Positions 61,396 to 64,000 of a stretch of DNA of 64,000 nucleotides are shown here, piece by piece. The stretch spans positions 74,701 through 138,700 of the forward strand of contig JAQYWK010000004.1 of assembly GCA_030145055.1 (NCBI GenBank), read 5' to 3'. The notes beneath the pieces are model-generated. The model did no database searches. It was not told the DNA's origin and saw only the letters and a program-made list of their open reading frames with translations. The translations under genes were made by a program, and so were the position numbers. Every line of letters starts with the position of its first letter. The stretch's first letter is position 1. The DNA is from Desulfovibrio sp. Lineage in GTDB: Bacteria; Desulfobacterota; Desulfovibrionia; Desulfovibrionales; Desulfovibrionaceae.

Positions 61396-61950
61396 ATGAG
61401 TCATTTAGATTATGAGATTAACAAGGAACTTGGCGAGTGTTATCTGTTCATGGGCGAACTGGATAAAGCTGAAGATTACTACAAGAAGGCTGCCGGATCT
61501 AACGGTGTACATCCTGATCCTTATATCGGGCTTGCTACAATCGCGATTCAACGCGGCGAGTATGATTCTGCAATGACACTTTATGAAAAGGCGCATTCCG
61601 TAGAAGTAACTGACAAGAGCTTCGCTGGAATGGGACTCATTCAGATGGAAACATCTAAGCAGATTGATGCCTTTGCAAGTTTTTCCGAGGCCTTAACTAT
61701 TAATCCTAGTAACATGGTTGCGCTTTTCGGAATTATCAGAATCGGGCACGAATCTGAAATGGTAGCGGAAGCAGTTCCGTTCCTTGAAAGATTCCTCGAA
61801 ATTGAGCCTGAAAAGCATGAAGTCCGTTACTCCTTGGCAGGTTGCTTTATCTGCATGGATATGAAGGACGAGGCTGTGCAGCAGCTCGAAATGATTTTAG
61901 AAATGGATCCTGCGAATGCAGCAGCTAAGGAATTGCTTGAGCAAATTTAA
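61396..61950 (+). CDS. Tetratricopeptide-repeat (TPR) protein
   Basis: Repeated 34-aa helical units (GELDKAEDYYKKA.., GEYDSAMTLYEKA.., DAFASFSEALTINPSN.., DEAVQQLEMILEMDPAN). GGAGGGG is upstream. Confidence 0.75.
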   Translation: MSHLDYEINKELGECYLFMGELDKAEDYYKKAAGSNGVHPDPYIGLATIAIQRGEYDSAMTLYEKAHSVEVTDKSFAGMGLIQMETSKQIDAFASFSEALTINPSNMVALFGIIRIGHESEMVAEAVPFLERFLEIEPEKHEVRYSLAGCFICMDMKDEAVQQLEMILEMDPANAAAKELLEQI

Positions 61951-61995
61951 CTTAGCAGATTCATTACATAATATCGACTCCCCTCCCGTTTGGTC

Positions 61996-62028
61996 CCCGT
62001 CCTGAATTAGAATTAATTCAGGGACGGG
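61996..62028 (+). terminator. Long hairpin downstream of the TPR gene (possible terminator, no T-run)
   Basis: CCCGTCCTGAATTA-GAAT-TAATTCAGGGACGGG, a 14-bp stem with one bulged G. The 3' flank is not T-rich. Confidence 0.35.
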
Positions 62029-62119
62029 TACCAATATAAGGGAAAAGGTCGGGCCTGATGCTTGCCTTTGCTGCGTAAATCCGGCACAACTCCACAAAAA
62101 CAATAGCGGGAGAAGTGTA

Positions 62120-62719
62120 ATGGATATGCTACCTATTAAGCGCGGAGTACTCAGTGTAACTGATAAATCCGGTCTTGCAGAATTTGCGTCCGAGTTAACT
62201 GGCTACGGTGTTGAATTGATCAGCACCGGCGGAACCAGAAAAGCTCTGCAGAATGCAGGACTAGAAGTTAAGTCAGTAAGTGATGTTACTGGCTTCCCTG
62301 AAATCATGGGAGGTCGTGTCAAAACTTTGCATCCTAATGTGCATGGCGGAGTTCTTGCGGACAAGGACAACCCTGAACACATGTCTACTCTTGATGAACA
62401 TGGAATCAAGACGATTGATATGGTTTGTGTAAACTTATATAATTTTGCCAAAGCTGTAAGCGAAGGTCAGGATCTTAGGAGTGCTGTTGAGCAAATCGAC
62501 ATCGGCGGTCCTACTATGTTGCGTGCTGCAGCGAAGAATTTTCATTCTGTTCTGGTTGTCCCTAGTGTTGTGCATTATCCTCGCATTCTTAAAGAAATGA
62601 AGAATAACGATGGTAAGATCTCTCTCGCATTAAGAAAGGAACTCGCTGCTGAAACTTTTGCGCTTGTTTCCGAATATGATTCAATGATTGCCAAATATTT
62701 GGCTGATCACGACGCGTAA
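62120..62719 (+). CDS. purH: Stand-alone IMP cyclohydrolase (MGS-like N-terminal domain of PurH)
   Basis: LSVTDKSGL..ELISTGGT..GFPEIMGGRVKTLHPNVHGGVLA..DMVCVNLY..IDIGGPTMLRAAAKN matches the PurH IMPCH domain. The ORF stops after 199 aa. Confidence 0.8.
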   Translation: MDMLPIKRGVLSVTDKSGLAEFASELTGYGVELISTGGTRKALQNAGLEVKSVSDVTGFPEIMGGRVKTLHPNVHGGVLADKDNPEHMSTLDEHGIKTIDMVCVNLYNFAKAVSEGQDLRSAVEQIDIGGPTMLRAAAKNFHSVLVVPSVVHYPRILKEMKNNDGKISLALRKELAAETFALVSEYDSMIAKYLADHDA

Positions 62720-62812
62720 GTATTATATTAAGCGGGGCGATAGAATTTATCATAATTCTGACGCTCCGCTTTCATTGTTCAAATATCCTACGGGATAAAG
62801 GAAGATGCAGCC

Positions 62813-64000
62813 ATAGCTCTGAAACTTAAAGGAAATACGCAGGGTCTTAAACCCAGCGAGGTCAAACGGATCAATCGTCTTGCGGAACGCAGTTACAGCG
62901 ACCTTTGCGGATATTCTAACGAACAGGCACGTGAACTGTCCTCTCTCAGTCATGAGATAGGTCGGCAGATCGCTTTGCTCGTGAACAGGCAAGGACGTCC
63001 GGAATTGATTCTGGTTGGTGATCCGTCATCGATTTATATTCCTGAACTGCCCAGAGCCCGTCAATCTGAGGGTAGACTTAGAGGATTGCGGCTTCTTCAC
63101 ACACATATTTCAGGGGAAAGCTTATCCGAAGAAGATCTTATGGATATGGTCTTTCTCAGACTCGACAGTGTTACTGTCATCGGATCCGATTCAAATGGTG
63201 ATCCTGAATTTGCGCAATATGCTTATCTGCTTCCTCCGGGATCAAGCGAAAAAGCATACGAACAATTGCCTCCTGTGCGCTGGAATGAATCAGACATTGA
63301 TTTGCCGGCAGTGGTTAAAGCTCTCGAGGATGAATTCAGCCGTGCGGATAAAACTCGGGACAATTCTGATGAACGTGAGCGTGCTGTTGTTGTCAGTGTA
63401 TCTCAGGATTCGAAAGCTTTACAGGATCGCTCCTTAGATGAATTAGTGGACCTTGCTGACACCGCAGGTCTAAAAGTAGAAGGGCGCCTTATACAGCGAA
63501 TTCGGAAGATTAATCCTAAAACTATTATGGGTAAGGGTAAACTTGCCGAACTGGAAGTCCTTGCATTACAGGTGGATGCGGACATTGTTTTGTTTGATCA
63601 GGAACTTACTGCCGCTCAAATGCGAAACCTTTCTGAGGTTACAGAACGTAAGGTTTTGGATCGGACTCAGCTTATTCTCGATATTTTTGCTCAGCACGCC
63701 ACAACAAGAGCAGGTAAACTGCAAGTTGAAATGGCGCAGTTGAAATACACCATGCCGCGTTTGGTCGGAATGAATAGTGCCATGTCCCGCTTAATGGGCG
63801 GAGTTGGTGGTAGAGGTCCGGGTGAAACTAAGCTTGAAATTGACCGTAGACGAGTTAAAGACAGATTGGTCAAACTTGGCAACGAACTGAAAAAGGTGAG
63901 TAAGCAGCGCGGGTATACCCGTGATCGCCGCTCCCGTGCGGGCGTTCCTGTTGTATCGCTTGTCGGTTATACGAACGCAGGTAAATCAACCTTACTAAAC
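62813..64000 (+). CDS. hflX: GTPase HflX (long N-terminal form), 3' end outside the window; start codon uncertain
   Basis: My hand translation in the frame of 62762 gives ..GNTQGLKPSEVKRINRL..GKGKLAELEV..LTAAQMRNLSEV..VLDRTQLILDIFAQHA..GKLQVEMAQLKY..GGRGPGETKLEIDRR..VSLVGYTNAGKSTLLN (G1 motif). The frame is open to base 64000. There is no in-frame ATG/GTG/TTG near the conserved N-terminus; see findings. Confidence 0.85.
   Translation, partial: MALKLKGNTQGLKPSEVKRINRLAERSYSDLCGYSNEQARELSSLSHEIGRQIALLVNRQGRPELILVGDPSSIYIPELPRARQSEGRLRGLRLLHTHISGESLSEEDLMDMVFLRLDSVTVIGSDSNGDPEFAQYAYLLPPGSSEKAYEQLPPVRWNESDIDLPAVVKALEDEFSRADKTRDNSDERERAVVVSVSQDSKALQDRSLDELVDLADTAGLKVEGRLIQRIRKINPKTIMGKGKLAELEVLALQVDADIVLFDQELTAAQMRNLSEVTERKVLDRTQLILDIFAQHATTRAGKLQVEMAQLKYTMPRLVGMNSAMSRLMGGVGGRGPGETKLEIDRRRVKDRLVKLGNELKKVSKQRGYTRDRRSRAGVPVVSLVGYTNAGKSTLLN

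Noticed and set aside
62750-63437. Track ORFs 62750-62992 (minus) and 63015-63437 (plus).
   Set aside because: Both fall inside the frame that translates into a clear HflX N-terminal region. The true gene is missing from the track only because it has no ATG and runs off the window.
1-64000. I looked for CRISPR arrays, IS elements, transposases, integrases, phage genes, toxin-antitoxin pairs and known defence-system hallmarks (nuclease/helicase/methylase clusters).
   Set aside because: I found no regularly spaced direct repeats. No translated ORF carries transposase, integrase, restriction or Cas-like motifs. The window looks like core chromosome.

Overview
This 64-kb window reads as ordinary chromosomal core, not an island. 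By gene content it resembles a moderately AT-rich, flagellated, Desulfovibrionaceae-type sulfate reducer; that taxonomic guess is inference only. I can support about 60 protein-coding genes, one tRNA-Trp(CCA), several rho-independent terminators and a few candidate regulatory sites. I saw no rRNA, CRISPR array, transposase, integrase, phage gene or recognisable defence-system gene.

Main gene groups:
- Signalling is unusually dense: 5 histidine-kinase-type genes, at least 9 receiver domains, an HD-GYP phosphodiesterase, a PilZ protein, an Hpt protein, REC-STAS and REC-PP2C.
- A flagellar basal-body/export cluster, flgB-flgC-fliE-fliF-fliG-fliH-fliI, carries sigma-54-type promoter motifs.
- Sulfur and thiolation genes: a SulP permease, a TauE/SafE-type membrane protein, CysQ, a MoaD-like carrier plus ThiF-like E1, and a ThiS-like carrier plus TtuA-like PP-loop ATPase.
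- Housekeeping genes: pabABC, trpS, hypF, ruvX-mltG, a stand-alone IMP cyclohydrolase and hflX.

I cannot point to a clear-cut novel system. The best candidates for undescribed biology are:
1. A translationally coupled ThiS-like(-VG)/TtuA-like/GT2 trio at 10.36-12.5 kb.
2. A four-gene minus-strand operon at 43.0-49.0 kb: an insert-containing TauE-type protein, a membrane protein with a histone-H1-like Lys/Ala/Pro tail, DUF362 and HypF.
3. A SulP permease with a roughly 130-aa insertion, followed by a five-gene phosphorelay that includes a degenerate kinase.
4. Two mirror-image modules of solute-binding protein plus kinase around an HD-GYP/PilZ pair, one ending in a Zn-ribbon/SLOG protein.

All functional calls come from reading motifs in the supplied translations. 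No database search was run.
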